Virus record (IMG/VR): IMGVR_UViG_3300034106_002415
Location: 1-62,617 of that record
DNA: 62,617 nt
From: a virus
Lineage: Duplodnaviria > Caudoviricetes
Reading direction: 5' to 3' (one strand)
Below, piece after piece: positions 46,688-56,529 of this stretch. Every line of letters begins with the position of its first letter. The first letter of the stretch is position 1. The position numbers and the translations under genes are program-made. The notes under the pieces were generated by a model. That model was not told where the DNA came from. It saw only the letters and a program-made list of their open reading frames with translations, and made no database searches.

Positions 46688-46975
46688 ATGATTAGCACAC
46701 TCGCAGGCGGAGATATCGGCAGCGTCATGGTGATGGCGACGGAGGGGCGTGGTTTCACACCCGAAGAGATTGCCGAACGCGCGCTGGACAAGATTATCTA
46801 TGTAGGAAGCCAGACACATCCGGCTATCCGCGAGCAGGCCGAAGCCTTCAAGGGCAACATCCGTCAAGTGCTTGTACATTATATGCACGAAGCGGTGCGG
46901 TCTCATAACGTGACTCTGGTTAGCAAGTTCAAACAGGCGGGGCATCCAGAGTTGATCCCGATCCTCGACGCATAA
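46688..46975 (+). CDS. Conserved hypothetical protein
   Basis: RGFTPEEIAERA..KI....HPAIREQA.AFK pattern; RBS GAGG. Confidence 0.7.
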   Translation: MISTLAGGDIGSVMVMATEGRGFTPEEIAERALDKIIYVGSQTHPAIREQAEAFKGNIRQVLVHYMHEAVRSHNVTLVSKFKQAGHPELIPILDA

Positions 46976-46987
46976 GGATACCTTAAG

Positions 46988-47461
46988 ATGGCAATCACCC
47001 AAGCAATGTGCACCAGCTTCAAGGCCGAGCTTATGCTCGCCGTGCACGACTTCCGCGCCACCGGTGGCGATACCTTCAAGCTCGCCTTGTACACCTCGGC
47101 GGCTACCATCGACGCGAACACCACGGCGTACAGCTCGTCAAACGAAGTGACTGGTACCAACTATACCGCTGGCGGTGGTACGCTGACGCGTTTGGGTGTC
47201 GTGACCTCGAACAACACGGCTTCGACCGGGGTTGGCTTCACCGACTTCTCGGACCTGACTTTTTCCAACGCGACCATCACGGCTCGCGGTGCGCTCATCT
47301 ACAACAACACCCCCTCGGCTAACTCGAACGCGAACACCACGCTGACGAACGCGGCGGTGGCGGCGCTGGACTTTGGCTCGGACAAGACCTCCACGGACGG
47401 TGACTTCACTATCATCTTCCCGGCGGCAACCAACACGACCGCCATCATCCGGATCGCCTGA
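46988..47461 (+). CDS. Putative tail structural protein
   Basis: CTSFK.EL, FKLALY, Y.AGG, ARGALIYN and LDFGSDK motifs. Confidence 0.7.
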   Translation: MAITQAMCTSFKAELMLAVHDFRATGGDTFKLALYTSAATIDANTTAYSSSNEVTGTNYTAGGGTLTRLGVVTSNNTASTGVGFTDFSDLTFSNATITARGALIYNNTPSANSNANTTLTNAAVAALDFGSDKTSTDGDFTIIFPAATNTTAIIRIA

Positions 47462-47823
47462 TGATTGAAGAACTTGTCAGTAGGGTGTTTTACGCTCGTA
47501 ATGTCGCTCACGTCGAACACTGGGTAGCCAGCGGCGTGGGCGGCTACGCGCGCCACAAGACCCTAGGCAAGTTCTACGAAGAGGTCATTGAGGCTCTGGA
47601 TAGCTTGGTAGAGGCATACCAAGGTGCGTTCGAGCTTATCGGCCCGGTGCGCGCTCCGAAGACCAAGGCGACGGACATCCAGCTCATCCTCATTGAGGAC
47701 GCAGAGTGGATCGAGAAGAACCACGAGAAAATCTGCAAGGGCAACCGTGCCGTGGCCAACCTCATCGACGGTGTGACTGAGGTGTACCTCACCACGACCT
47801 ACAAACTGAGGAACCTGATGTGA
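47461..47823 (+). CDS. Ferritin/Dps-like four-helix protein (DUF5856-like)
   Basis: H..HW...YA.HK.LG.FY......D.LVE.YQG...YKL pattern. Confidence 0.6.
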   Translation: MIEELVSRVFYARNVAHVEHWVASGVGGYARHKTLGKFYEEVIEALDSLVEAYQGAFELIGPVRAPKTKATDIQLILIEDAEWIEKNHEKICKGNRAVANLIDGVTEVYLTTTYKLRNLM

Positions 47824-48236
47824 GCTTCTGGGATCGTTTTGAAAGCACCCGCGACGGTATCGAGGACACGGTTGAGTTCACGATCCGTATGGCCGTTGTC
47901 ACGCTGGCTTGCGTCGTGCTGGTCGTCGTGGCCGCGCTGGTCATTGGACTGTTTATGCCGAACCACATCGTGGACAGCGACAAGGTCTTCGAGATTGTCG
48001 GCCCCGCGTTCAACATGGTCATCGGCGCGTTCGTCGGTCTGCTGGGCGGCCTGAGCCTCAACGCCAACGCGCGTGATAAGAAGCCAGAAGAGCCTGCGTC
48101 TGAACCGACTCCCGTGGTTGACGATGATGGCATGGCTCCGTGGGAGAAGTACCGTAACGATCTGCGCTACGATGCCAACGGTGACGGCGTGGTTGATGAG
48201 AGCGATTTCCCTGACTGGCGCAATCCGGGGGCGTAA
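47820..48236 (+). CDS. Two-TM membrane protein with C-terminal EF-hand-like loop
   Basis: Two hydrophobic helices; DANGDGVVDESD. Confidence 0.65.
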   Translation: MSFWDRFESTRDGIEDTVEFTIRMAVVTLACVVLVVVAALVIGLFMPNHIVDSDKVFEIVGPAFNMVIGAFVGLLGGLSLNANARDKKPEEPASEPTPVVDDDGMAPWEKYRNDLRYDANGDGVVDESDFPDWRNPGA

Positions 48237-48404
48237 GTGACTGGTAATCTCTCCACCGTCGAGCTGATCGGTCAGCTCTGGCCGGTCGTTCTGGCGTTCA
48301 TCTCCCTGACGATCATCCTCGCCAAGATGGATGTGCGCCTCGGTGTGGCGGAGGAGAAGATCAAGACGCTCTTTGAACTCTGGAACAAGAGGAAGGACGG
48401 ATGA
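48237..48404 (+). CDS. 55-aa single-TM protein (holin/antiholin candidate); missing from the ORF track
   Basis: MTGNLSTVELIGQLWPVVLAFISLTIILAKMDVRLGVAEEKIKTLFELWNKRKDG; ATGA overlap with the endolysin. Confidence 0.6.
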   Translation: MTGNLSTVELIGQLWPVVLAFISLTIILAKMDVRLGVAEEKIKTLFELWNKRKDG

Positions 48405-49015
48405 GCCTCGTAAACCTCCAGAAGAAGATTGGCGTCACCGCTGACGGTGCGTTTGGCCCCGGCACGCTTAAGGCTGCCGCTACTTACTACAAGCTGTCGC
48501 CCCACCGCGCCGCGCACTTCTTTGCCCAGACGGCGCACGAGAGTGGCAACTTCACGGCGTTTAGCGAGAACCTGAACTACGGCGCGAAGGGCCTGCGCGG
48601 TATCTTTGGCAAGTACTTCCCGACCGACGCCATGGCCAAGATGTATGAGCGCCAGCCACAGAAGATTGCCAACCGTGTCTATGCCAGCCGCATGGGCAAC
48701 GGCGTCGAGGCGTCCGGTGATGGTTGGAAGTACCGTGGTCGCGGCGCGTTGCAGCTGACGGGTAAGGCGAACTACCAAGCGTTCTCCGACTACATCAACC
48801 GCCCAGACGTGATGACAAACCCCGACCTCGTGGCAACCGAGCTCTGCTTCGAGTCGGCGCTGTGGTTCTTCGACAAGAACAAGCTCTGGGGTATCTGTGA
48901 CCAAGGCATTAACGACGCCGCCATCCTCGCGCTGACCAAGCGGATTAACGGTGGCACCCACGGTCTGGATGACCGCATGGCGAAGACAAAGAAGTTTGCC
49001 GGGTGGCTGGCATGA
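48401..49015 (+). CDS. Endolysin, glycoside hydrolase family 19 with N-terminal peptidoglycan-binding remnant
   Basis: LQ..IG..ADG.FGP.T; FFAQTAHES, ENLNY, YRGRG.LQLTG..NY and TKRINGG motifs. Confidence 0.9.
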   Translation: MSLVNLQKKIGVTADGAFGPGTLKAAATYYKLSPHRAAHFFAQTAHESGNFTAFSENLNYGAKGLRGIFGKYFPTDAMAKMYERQPQKIANRVYASRMGNGVEASGDGWKYRGRGALQLTGKANYQAFSDYINRPDVMTNPDLVATELCFESALWFFDKNKLWGICDQGINDAAILALTKRINGGTHGLDDRMAKTKKFAGWLA

Positions 49016-49413
49016 TCCCTAACCCTATTATGCTATACGCAGCGGCAGGCGCTCTCATTGTTGGTGCAGCCGCAGGGTATAAGGTCCGCGACTGGCAGTG
49101 TGACGCAGCGTACGCAAAGGCTATGGAAAAAGCTGAGAAGCAGCGCGTCAAAAAGCAAGAGGTGGTAGATGTTATTTCGCAAACGTATGAGGACCAACGC
49201 GATAAAGCCGATGGGGTGGCGACCGAGAGAACCTATACCATTCGCGAAATATACAAAACGGCTCCTGCCGTTCCTGTTGATTGTGCCGCTCCTGATGCTG
49301 TGCGTAAGCTGCTCGAAAGCGGTGTCCGTGACGCCAATGCCGCGTCCGCCGGCGAACCTAGCGTCGAAATGCCCAGCGCTTCAGAACCCGCCGCTGGTAC
49401 TGCTCGACCCTGA
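49012..49413 (+). CDS. i-spanin (Rz-like)
   Basis: N-terminal TM helix, coiled coil, C-terminal Cys; follows the endolysin. Confidence 0.7.
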   Translation: MIPNPIMLYAAAGALIVGAAAGYKVRDWQCDAAYAKAMEKAEKQRVKKQEVVDVISQTYEDQRDKADGVATERTYTIREIYKTAPAVPVDCAAPDAVRKLLESGVRDANAASAGEPSVEMPSASEPAAGTARP

Positions 49414-49516
49414 ACGGGCGCTCTGGGAAGCGGACATGATTGCAAAATACGCGGATTGCAGTATAAAACACCGGCTGACGGTTAAAGCATGGGAAGACGC
49501 AGTAGCTGTAAAATAA
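49211..49516 (+). CDS. o-spanin (Rz1-like lipoprotein), overlapping Rz in another frame
   Basis: Hydrophobic signal LLPFLLIVPLLMLCVSC, Pro-rich PPANLASKCP and a second Cys; start uncertain. Confidence 0.65.
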   Translation: MGWRPREPIPFAKYTKRLLPFLLIVPLLMLCVSCSKAVSVTPMPRPPANLASKCPALQNPPLVLLDPERALWEADMIAKYADCSIKHRLTVKAWEDAVAVK

Positions 49517-49525
49517 GGACGGCCC

Positions 49526-51862
49526 ATGGCCACATTCTACCTCGACTTCGACGGAGGCAATGACGCAAACAACGGCACGACTTTTGCCTTGCGGTGGAAG
49601 ACGATCACCAATGGCGCTACGGCTGGACGCCTTGCGGTGGGTGATACCGTCAGGATCATGGCCTCGCCTGATCCGACAAGCATTGGCAATGCGACTTGGA
49701 CGGGTGGCGGGCGTCCTGCTTCCGTAGGCATCTCATCATCTACTAACGCCACGCCTATCGTCATTACGACCTCGTCGGCGCACGGGCTAGTGACGGGCGA
49801 CTATGTGTCCGTTACGGGCCACACGACCAACACGAACGCCAACGGTGTCTGGAAAGTCGGCACTACGCCCACAAGCACCACGTTTCAAATCCTTCAGATT
49901 GACGGCACCAATACCACAGGTAACGGTGTTGGTGGCGCAACAGGCAACGTTACAAACGCGGACAACCTCGTCGTCAAGACGGCGTCGCCGCTGGTGCAGA
50001 ATATTGCCCTCTGCGGCGGTCTGGGGGAAAAGCCCGCTTGGACGGCCAGCGCAAACGTCACGACAGCGCGAAATACAGTAACCTATAAAGAAGGCAACTC
50101 CGCTGCCGAAATTGATATTTTTTCTGCGTTTACCACTGGCAAAGCGGCTTACTACACATTACCCGCAACGCTTGATTTGTCAGCTTATCAGCAAGTTTCG
50201 TTTTGGGTGCGTCTAAACTCTGGGTTTCTAGGCGCGGCGGGCCAAACTTACTTGGCGCTTTGCACCGACACCATTGGTGACACGGTCGCGCATCAGTGCA
50301 ATATCCCCGCAGTCGGCGCGACTGCTGTATGGGTGCCGGTCACGGTCAATTTGGGTACTAACCTCAACGCGGCCATCCGATCAGTGGCGTTCTATGTGGC
50401 CACCGATGGCCCCGCGCAAAACTTTAGGTTGGACAACATCGTTGCCTGCAAGGCCGCGTCGTCTGCCGACAGCGTGACGCTCAACTCGCTGATCTCTAAA
50501 TCGGACGGCACGGGCGATGAGGCGTGGTACGCCATCCAGAGCATCAACTATGATGTCATCATGCTGGCCAATGCCAATGGTAATACTAGTCAAACCGCCA
50601 ACATCCGAGGCTACAATGGCGTCACGGAGACGGTGACGACCTACAAGCGCGAGACGACAAAAACGGTGCCTGCCGCTACTTCCAACGCAATTGTGGCTGC
50701 TGTTAATGACGAAGGCAACCCCGGCAACCTCATCACCTACAGCGGCGGGTGGAACAGGACGGATATGTCCACGCAGACGGGCGTAACGTGGTACGACGGC
50801 ACCAACGGGTTTGGCATCGGCTTGCAGGCCAATGCGCGCGAGTATGTCCAAATTGATCGGCTAAACTTTTGTCGATATAACATAGCCGTCCAGATTACAT
50901 CAAGTTCAAACAACATGATTGTTGGCTCTATGTACATAACTGCCAGCTCCTCCACTGCGCTTGAAATGGGCGCAACCAACATTTTGAATTTTATTGGTTC
51001 GTCGTTGTGGATTAATAACAATGGGGGCGGTTTTACATACGCCGCAACAGGCGCAAATATTACAGATGTTAAACTGTTGTCTAATAACTCATCTAGCGGT
51101 GTAGATTTTGGCACCTCTCGGTATAACACAATTAGCTCTTTAATTGGCGGCAACAACGGCACCGGAACGTCTAATGGCGATATACTTTTTAACCAATGTT
51201 TTAACGGCACTGTTAGAACGGCGACACTAACCAACGGCCCCGGAAACGGAATTGTTTCTGGGATAAATGCGTTTAGTAATTCGGTCAACGGTGGCAGCAG
51301 TTCTGGTCACGCGCAAGGCGTGCTTGTTAATTCTACATCTGAGCTATATCTTAACAACTTTACTATTAACGAAGCCACAGAGGTCGGCACCGTTGGCACC
51401 GTGCCGGGGTTTGTTTACGCCAACCGCCTTGACGACACCGACAATAACAGTTGGGTTTTTCAGCCTAGCATCGGCACCGTCAACCAACAAACGTCGGTCG
51501 TGGACAGCCCCGCCACAACCGCGTGGCGCATGCGCCCAACGTCAACCAATGCCCGCGCAACCAGCCCCCTGCTACTTAAACTCGGCACCGTCGTTTGCGC
51601 CGCCAGCAGCGCCGTAACCGTCACGGCCCGTATGCAACGCGACAATGCCGGCTTGACCATGCGCCTCATCTGCCCCGGCGGCCAGATTACGGGCGTCTCT
51701 ACGGACGTGTTTACGGACATGACGGCTGCGGCGAACACTTGGGAAACCGTTTCTATTACGTTCACGCCCACCAAGGCAGGTGCGGTGGACATCTACGCCG
51801 AAGCCTTCGGCGGCACGACATTTTCCGGTTACGTCTGCAACCTCACAGCAACACAGGCATAA
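49526..51862 (+). CDS. Tail spike/receptor-binding protein, paralog A
   Basis: Beta-rich; ITTSSAHGL..GD.V.V.G module; Asn/Gly/Ser-rich beta-helix-like centre. Confidence 0.65.
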   Translation: MATFYLDFDGGNDANNGTTFALRWKTITNGATAGRLAVGDTVRIMASPDPTSIGNATWTGGGRPASVGISSSTNATPIVITTSSAHGLVTGDYVSVTGHTTNTNANGVWKVGTTPTSTTFQILQIDGTNTTGNGVGGATGNVTNADNLVVKTASPLVQNIALCGGLGEKPAWTASANVTTARNTVTYKEGNSAAEIDIFSAFTTGKAAYYTLPATLDLSAYQQVSFWVRLNSGFLGAAGQTYLALCTDTIGDTVAHQCNIPAVGATAVWVPVTVNLGTNLNAAIRSVAFYVATDGPAQNFRLDNIVACKAASSADSVTLNSLISKSDGTGDEAWYAIQSINYDVIMLANANGNTSQTANIRGYNGVTETVTTYKRETTKTVPAATSNAIVAAVNDEGNPGNLITYSGGWNRTDMSTQTGVTWYDGTNGFGIGLQANAREYVQIDRLNFCRYNIAVQITSSSNNMIVGSMYITASSSTALEMGATNILNFIGSSLWINNNGGGFTYAATGANITDVKLLSNNSSSGVDFGTSRYNTISSLIGGNNGTGTSNGDILFNQCFNGTVRTATLTNGPGNGIVSGINAFSNSVNGGSSSGHAQGVLVNSTSELYLNNFTINEATEVGTVGTVPGFVYANRLDDTDNNSWVFQPSIGTVNQQTSVVDSPATTAWRMRPTSTNARATSPLLLKLGTVVCAASSAVTVTARMQRDNAGLTMRLICPGGQITGVSTDVFTDMTAAANTWETVSITFTPTKAGAVDIYAEAFGGTTFSGYVCNLTATQA

Positions 51863-51865
51863 GCC

Positions 51866-52084
51866 ATGTATGAGATCATCGACCGTGAACAGGACGACGC
51901 CGGGAAATGGCGCATCCGCGTGGCCATCGGCGGCCAGACCGTGACGTTTAAGTTTGCGTCAGACCCCACAGACGAGGAGGCGCAGGCGCAGGCTGCGCGT
52001 TACGACGCTTCACAGGCAGTGGCGTCAGGCGAAACAGCCACTATCACGCCTGACCCGACCAACGGCGCTTTCCAAGTCACATAA
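51866..52084 (+). CDS. Small accessory protein of the tail spike cassette
   Basis: 72 aa between the two paralogs. Confidence 0.6.
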   Translation: MYEIIDREQDDAGKWRIRVAIGGQTVTFKFASDPTDEEAQAQAARYDASQAVASGETATITPDPTNGAFQVT

Positions 52085-52099
52085 GGGGATATCAGCGCC

Positions 52100-54370
52100 G
52101 TGCCTACATTCTACATCGACTTTGAAAACGGCAACGACGCCGCCGCCGGCACGTCGTTTGCCACGCGATGGAGAACCATGACCAGCGGCGCTACGGCTGC
52201 GCGCATCGCGCCGGGTGATACGATCAGGATCATGGCGTCGCCCGATCTAACCAACATGGGCAACGCGACTTGGACAGGCGGCGGGCGTCCTTCTTCGGTT
52301 AACATCTCGTCGTCCACCAACGCCACGCCTATCGTGATCACAACCTCATCAGCGCATGGGCTGGTGGCGGGCGACTATGTCTTTGTCGCGGGTCATACCG
52401 TCAATACCAACGCCAACGGCACTTGGAAGGTCGGCACGGTGCCGACAGGGACTACATTTCAAATTCTTCAAATCGATGGCAGCAACACCACGGGCAACGG
52501 CGTCGGTGGCGCAACGGGCAACGTCACCAACGCCAACGGTAGCGTCGTCAAAACGGCAACGCCGCTTATACAGAACATTGCTCTGTGCGGCGGCTTGGGG
52601 GAAAAGCCTGCGTGGACGGCAAGTGCAAACGTCACGACAGGGGTAGGTGCGGGAAGAGAAGGCAATGGCAGTGCGTCATTTTCTATAGCCGCTGCGTTCA
52701 CTACAGGCAAAGCTGCGTACTACACGCTCCCTTCGACCCTTGACCTCTCAGGTTATCAGCAAGTTTCGTTCTGGATGCGCCAATTTGGGCCTTATGGTGC
52801 GGCAGGCCAAATGTATTTGGCACTTTGCACGGACACCATTGGCGACACCGTCGCGAACCAGTGCAACTTTCCTGCGCCCGTTACAAACAGTTGGTTTCCA
52901 GTGACGGTCAATCTTGGCACCAACCTCAACGCCGCTATCCGCTCAGTGGCGCTTTACGTTGTTACCGATCTTGGCGCGCAAAGCCTTGTGATTGACAACA
53001 TCACCGCGTCCAAAGCTGCCTCTTCCGCAGATAGCCTGACGCTTACATCACTGGTCTCAAAATCGGACGGCACGGGCGACGAAGCGTGGTACACCATCGA
53101 TAGCGTTAACTACGATGTCATCGTGATGTCGGCCTATTACACCGGCACCACCGGGACAGTGACAACTTACAAACGCGAGACTGTAAAGACCCCAGCAGGG
53201 TCTGGCGTTGATGGTCTCGGCGTTGGTATCGTCCAAGACAGCGGTACAGCCGGCAACGTCATCGCGTACAGTGGCGGGTGGAATAGAACGGATATGTCCA
53301 CGCAGACGGGGGTAACTTGGCTGGACGGTCAGAACGGAACCAACCGTGGTATAACCGCCGCTGGCTCTGGCCAAAATTTTTGGACAATGGATCGCGTCAA
53401 TCTGTGTCGTTATGGTCAGGGTCTTTCTTTTACTGCATCTGATATAACGATTGGAAATATGTACATTACGGCTAGTGCCTTAAGAGGCTCAAGCATCGGC
53501 GTAACCAACTCTACAATTACAAATGTCTGGTCTTATAACAACGGCGGTAACGGGATTGAATTTGGCGGTTTTGGTTCTACTATAACAAATGTTAAACTTG
53601 TAGCCGGCAATAGTTCTACTGGGTTAGTTTTCTCTGGCTCAAGATTCCATACCGTTGGCTCTGTAATTGGCGGCAATAACGGTAGTAATGACATACAATT
53701 TCAAGGTTTTAATTGCACGGTAGGGACGGCCACCTTAACCGGCTTCAATTCCCTTGCTACTGGCATTAGTTCAACCTCGTCAGCGTTTGATAACTTTGTC
53801 AATGGCGGTAGCAGTTCCGGCCATGCTCAAGGCGTGAGCCTTACTTCTGGCCAGTTGTATCTCAATAACTTCACCATCAACGAAGCCACAGAGGTTAGCA
53901 GCAGCACCGTGGCGGGATTTGTCTACGCCAATCGCCTCGACGACACCGACAACAACAGTTGGGTTTTTCAAGCGGGCATCGGCACCGTCAATCAACAGAC
54001 CGCAGTGGTGGACAGCCCCGCGACGACATCGTGGCGGATGCGCCCGACAACGACGACTGCCTCTGCAAACAGCCCGCTGCTGCTCAAATTGGGTACGGTG
54101 GTCTGCGCCGCCAGCAGCGCAGTGACGGTCACGGCCCGTATGCAGCGCGACAACACCCAACTGACCATGCGCCTGATCTGCCCCGGCGGTCAGATCACTG
54201 GTGTTTCCACAAGCGTGAGCAGCGACATGACGGCTGCGGCAAATACGTGGGAGACGGTTAGTATCACGTTCACGCCGACGGAAGCCGGCGCGGTGGACAT
54301 CTACGCCCATGCTTTTGGTGGAACAACGCGCAGCGGCTACGTCTGCAACCTCACAGCGACACAGGTCTGA
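52100..54370 (+). CDS. Tail spike/receptor-binding protein, paralog B
   Basis: Near-identical N- and C-terminal thirds to 49526..51862 with a divergent centre. Confidence 0.65.
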   Translation: MPTFYIDFENGNDAAAGTSFATRWRTMTSGATAARIAPGDTIRIMASPDLTNMGNATWTGGGRPSSVNISSSTNATPIVITTSSAHGLVAGDYVFVAGHTVNTNANGTWKVGTVPTGTTFQILQIDGSNTTGNGVGGATGNVTNANGSVVKTATPLIQNIALCGGLGEKPAWTASANVTTGVGAGREGNGSASFSIAAAFTTGKAAYYTLPSTLDLSGYQQVSFWMRQFGPYGAAGQMYLALCTDTIGDTVANQCNFPAPVTNSWFPVTVNLGTNLNAAIRSVALYVVTDLGAQSLVIDNITASKAASSADSLTLTSLVSKSDGTGDEAWYTIDSVNYDVIVMSAYYTGTTGTVTTYKRETVKTPAGSGVDGLGVGIVQDSGTAGNVIAYSGGWNRTDMSTQTGVTWLDGQNGTNRGITAAGSGQNFWTMDRVNLCRYGQGLSFTASDITIGNMYITASALRGSSIGVTNSTITNVWSYNNGGNGIEFGGFGSTITNVKLVAGNSSTGLVFSGSRFHTVGSVIGGNNGSNDIQFQGFNCTVGTATLTGFNSLATGISSTSSAFDNFVNGGSSSGHAQGVSLTSGQLYLNNFTINEATEVSSSTVAGFVYANRLDDTDNNSWVFQAGIGTVNQQTAVVDSPATTSWRMRPTTTTASANSPLLLKLGTVVCAASSAVTVTARMQRDNTQLTMRLICPGGQITGVSTSVSSDMTAAANTWETVSITFTPTEAGAVDIYAHAFGGTTRSGYVCNLTATQV

Positions 54371-54371
54371 C

Positions 54372-54479
54372 ATGTACGAGATCATTGACCGTGAGCAAAA
54401 CGAGGAAGTGCAGGCGCAGGCTGCGCGTTACGGCGCGATGATGCAGGGACAGTCAGATGCCGCTCCCAACACGAACTGA
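54372..54479 (+). pseudogene. Internally deleted copy of 51866..52084
   Basis: MYEIIDREQ joined directly to EEVQAQAARY; the middle ~26 codons are missing. Confidence 0.7.
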
Positions 54480-56520
54480 TGTCCTCACCCTAGACTTTAC
54501 GGGTGCCGGTCAACCGGCGGCGTATATCGAAGCCAAGACGCTCAGCCCGTCTTCGGCAACGCTCGATTATACGCTGGCGGGGCAGCCCGCTTTTGGCCTC
54601 GCGCCCGCAGGGGGCGGCGGGGTTACTGTAAACCTTACCGGTGTTTCTGCGACGGGTTCGGTCGGCACTGCTACGATTCAAGCGCTAGCTAATATACTTA
54701 CCACTGACGTTTCTGCGTTAGGTTTGGTTGGTACTGCTACGGCTGCGGCTAACATCAGTATACTTGTCACTGGTGTTTCTGCGACGGGTTCGGTCGGCAC
54801 TGCTACAACTCAAGCGTTAGCTAATATACTTGCCACCGGTGTTTCTGCGACGGGTTCGGTCGGCACTGCTACGGCTGCGGCTAACACCAGTGTGCCTGTT
54901 ACTGATGTTTTTGCGGTAGGTTCGGTCGGTGACGTTACGATCCAAACGCTAGCTAACGTACTTGTCACCGGTGTTTCTGCGGCAGGTTTGGTTAACGATG
55001 TCGCGATTGCGGCTAGCACCAGTGTGCCTGTTACTGACGTTTTTGCGATGGGTTTGATTGAGAGTGTTACGACCCAAGCGCCAGCTAACGTACTCGTCAC
55101 TGGTGTTTCCGCTGAAGCCATTATTGAGGGCGTCGGTATAGCTAGTGGTGGCAATATCAGCGTCGATCCGGGCAGCGTAGTTAGCACGGGGTTCGTAGGC
55201 GTTGTAACGGTAAACGTCATAGCGAATATCTCCGTTACGCTTACAGGCGTTGAATCTACTGGCTCAGTTGGCACGGTTACAGCCTCCACCCCCGCTAGCT
55301 TCTCGGTCACAGGCGTATCCGCTGATGGCTCGGTTGGCACCACCCAAGTCACGGGTAAAGCCAACACCACCCTGACCGGTGTCTCCGCTGTTGGCTCAGT
55401 TGGCACCGTAGCTATCGGCGCTGCTGCTTCTACCACCCTGACCGGTGTTTCTGCCGCAGGCGCAGTGGGCACAGTTTCTGTTAGTGAAGGCACTAGCTTC
55501 TCGGTCACGGGCGTCTCAGCTACTGCTTTCGTTGGCACCACCCAAGTCACGGGTAAAGCCAACACCACCCTGACCGGTGTCTCCGCTGTTGGCTCAGTTG
55601 GCTCGGTTTCTGTTGCCGAAGGTACAGGCGTCACCCTCACAGGTGTTTCTGCCGCAGGCGCAGTGGGCACAGTTTCTGTTAGTGAAGGCACTAGCTTCTC
55701 GGTCACGGGCGTCTCCGCTGATGGCTCGGTTGGCACCGCCCAAGTCACGGGTAAAGCCAACACCACTCTGACCGGTGTCTCTGCTACCGGCTCAGCTGGC
55801 TCGGTTTCTGTTGCCGAAGGTACAGGCGTCACCCTCACGGGTGTTGAGGCTACTGGCTCAACTGGGACCGCCACCACTACCGGTAAGGCCAACGTTTTCC
55901 CAACCGAGGTGTCGGCCAACGGGCTTGTTGGTACAGCGAGCACCTCGACCAATAACAACCTACAGGTTACCGGCGTAAGCGCTGCTGCTTCTGTCGGCAC
56001 TGCTATCGCCGCAGCTTCGGCTAGTGCTCCTGTTACGGGCGTCTCTGCTGCTGGCGATGTTGGCACGGTTTTTGTCGCTGCTAACTGCAACGTGCTGCCC
56101 GATGGCGTCTCGGCTACTGCTTCCGCTGGCACCGCCCAAGTCACAGGTAAAGCCAATGTCACCCTGACCGGCGTTAGCGCACAAGGTGCGGTTGGTACGG
56201 TTACTACTGAATCGGCCTATTACGTCACCGGTGTGTCCGCCGCCGTATCGGTAGGTACTGTTTCGGTTGCCTCCAAGGGGAACGTGTTTGTTACGGGGGT
56301 CGAGGCTACCGGCGTCGTTGCCAAGGTCCTTGTTTGGGGTGTTATCAACGACAATCAGGTACCCAACTGGCAAGACGTCAACGACTCGCAAAGCGTGACT
56401 TGGTCTGCTATAGACGACAACCAGACACCTAACTGGCAGGCGGTAAACGCCTCGCAATCCATTACGTGGGGTGCTATAAACGACGGGAACACCGTGGTAT
56501 GGGTACAGATACCAACGTAA
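54457..56520 (+). CDS. Long repetitive Val/Thr/Gly/Ser/Ala virion fibre protein
   Basis: Many TGVSAxGxVGT repeats with ~24-aa period; C-terminal Trp repeats (W..IND.Q). Confidence 0.7.
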   Translation: MPLPTRTDVLTLDFTGAGQPAAYIEAKTLSPSSATLDYTLAGQPAFGLAPAGGGGVTVNLTGVSATGSVGTATIQALANILTTDVSALGLVGTATAAANISILVTGVSATGSVGTATTQALANILATGVSATGSVGTATAAANTSVPVTDVFAVGSVGDVTIQTLANVLVTGVSAAGLVNDVAIAASTSVPVTDVFAMGLIESVTTQAPANVLVTGVSAEAIIEGVGIASGGNISVDPGSVVSTGFVGVVTVNVIANISVTLTGVESTGSVGTVTASTPASFSVTGVSADGSVGTTQVTGKANTTLTGVSAVGSVGTVAIGAAASTTLTGVSAAGAVGTVSVSEGTSFSVTGVSATAFVGTTQVTGKANTTLTGVSAVGSVGSVSVAEGTGVTLTGVSAAGAVGTVSVSEGTSFSVTGVSADGSVGTAQVTGKANTTLTGVSATGSAGSVSVAEGTGVTLTGVEATGSTGTATTTGKANVFPTEVSANGLVGTASTSTNNNLQVTGVSAAASVGTAIAAASASAPVTGVSAAGDVGTVFVAANCNVLPDGVSATASAGTAQVTGKANVTLTGVSAQGAVGTVTTESAYYVTGVSAAVSVGTVSVASKGNVFVTGVEATGVVAKVLVWGVINDNQVPNWQDVNDSQSVTWSAIDDNQTPNWQAVNASQSITWGAINDGNTVVWVQIPT

Positions 56521-56529
56521 GGGACGAAC

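Noticed and set aside
49526-54370. Diversity-generating retroelement or invertible tail cassette
   Set aside because: No reverse transcriptase or invertase is visible, the copies are direct full-gene duplicates, and differences are not adenine-specific.
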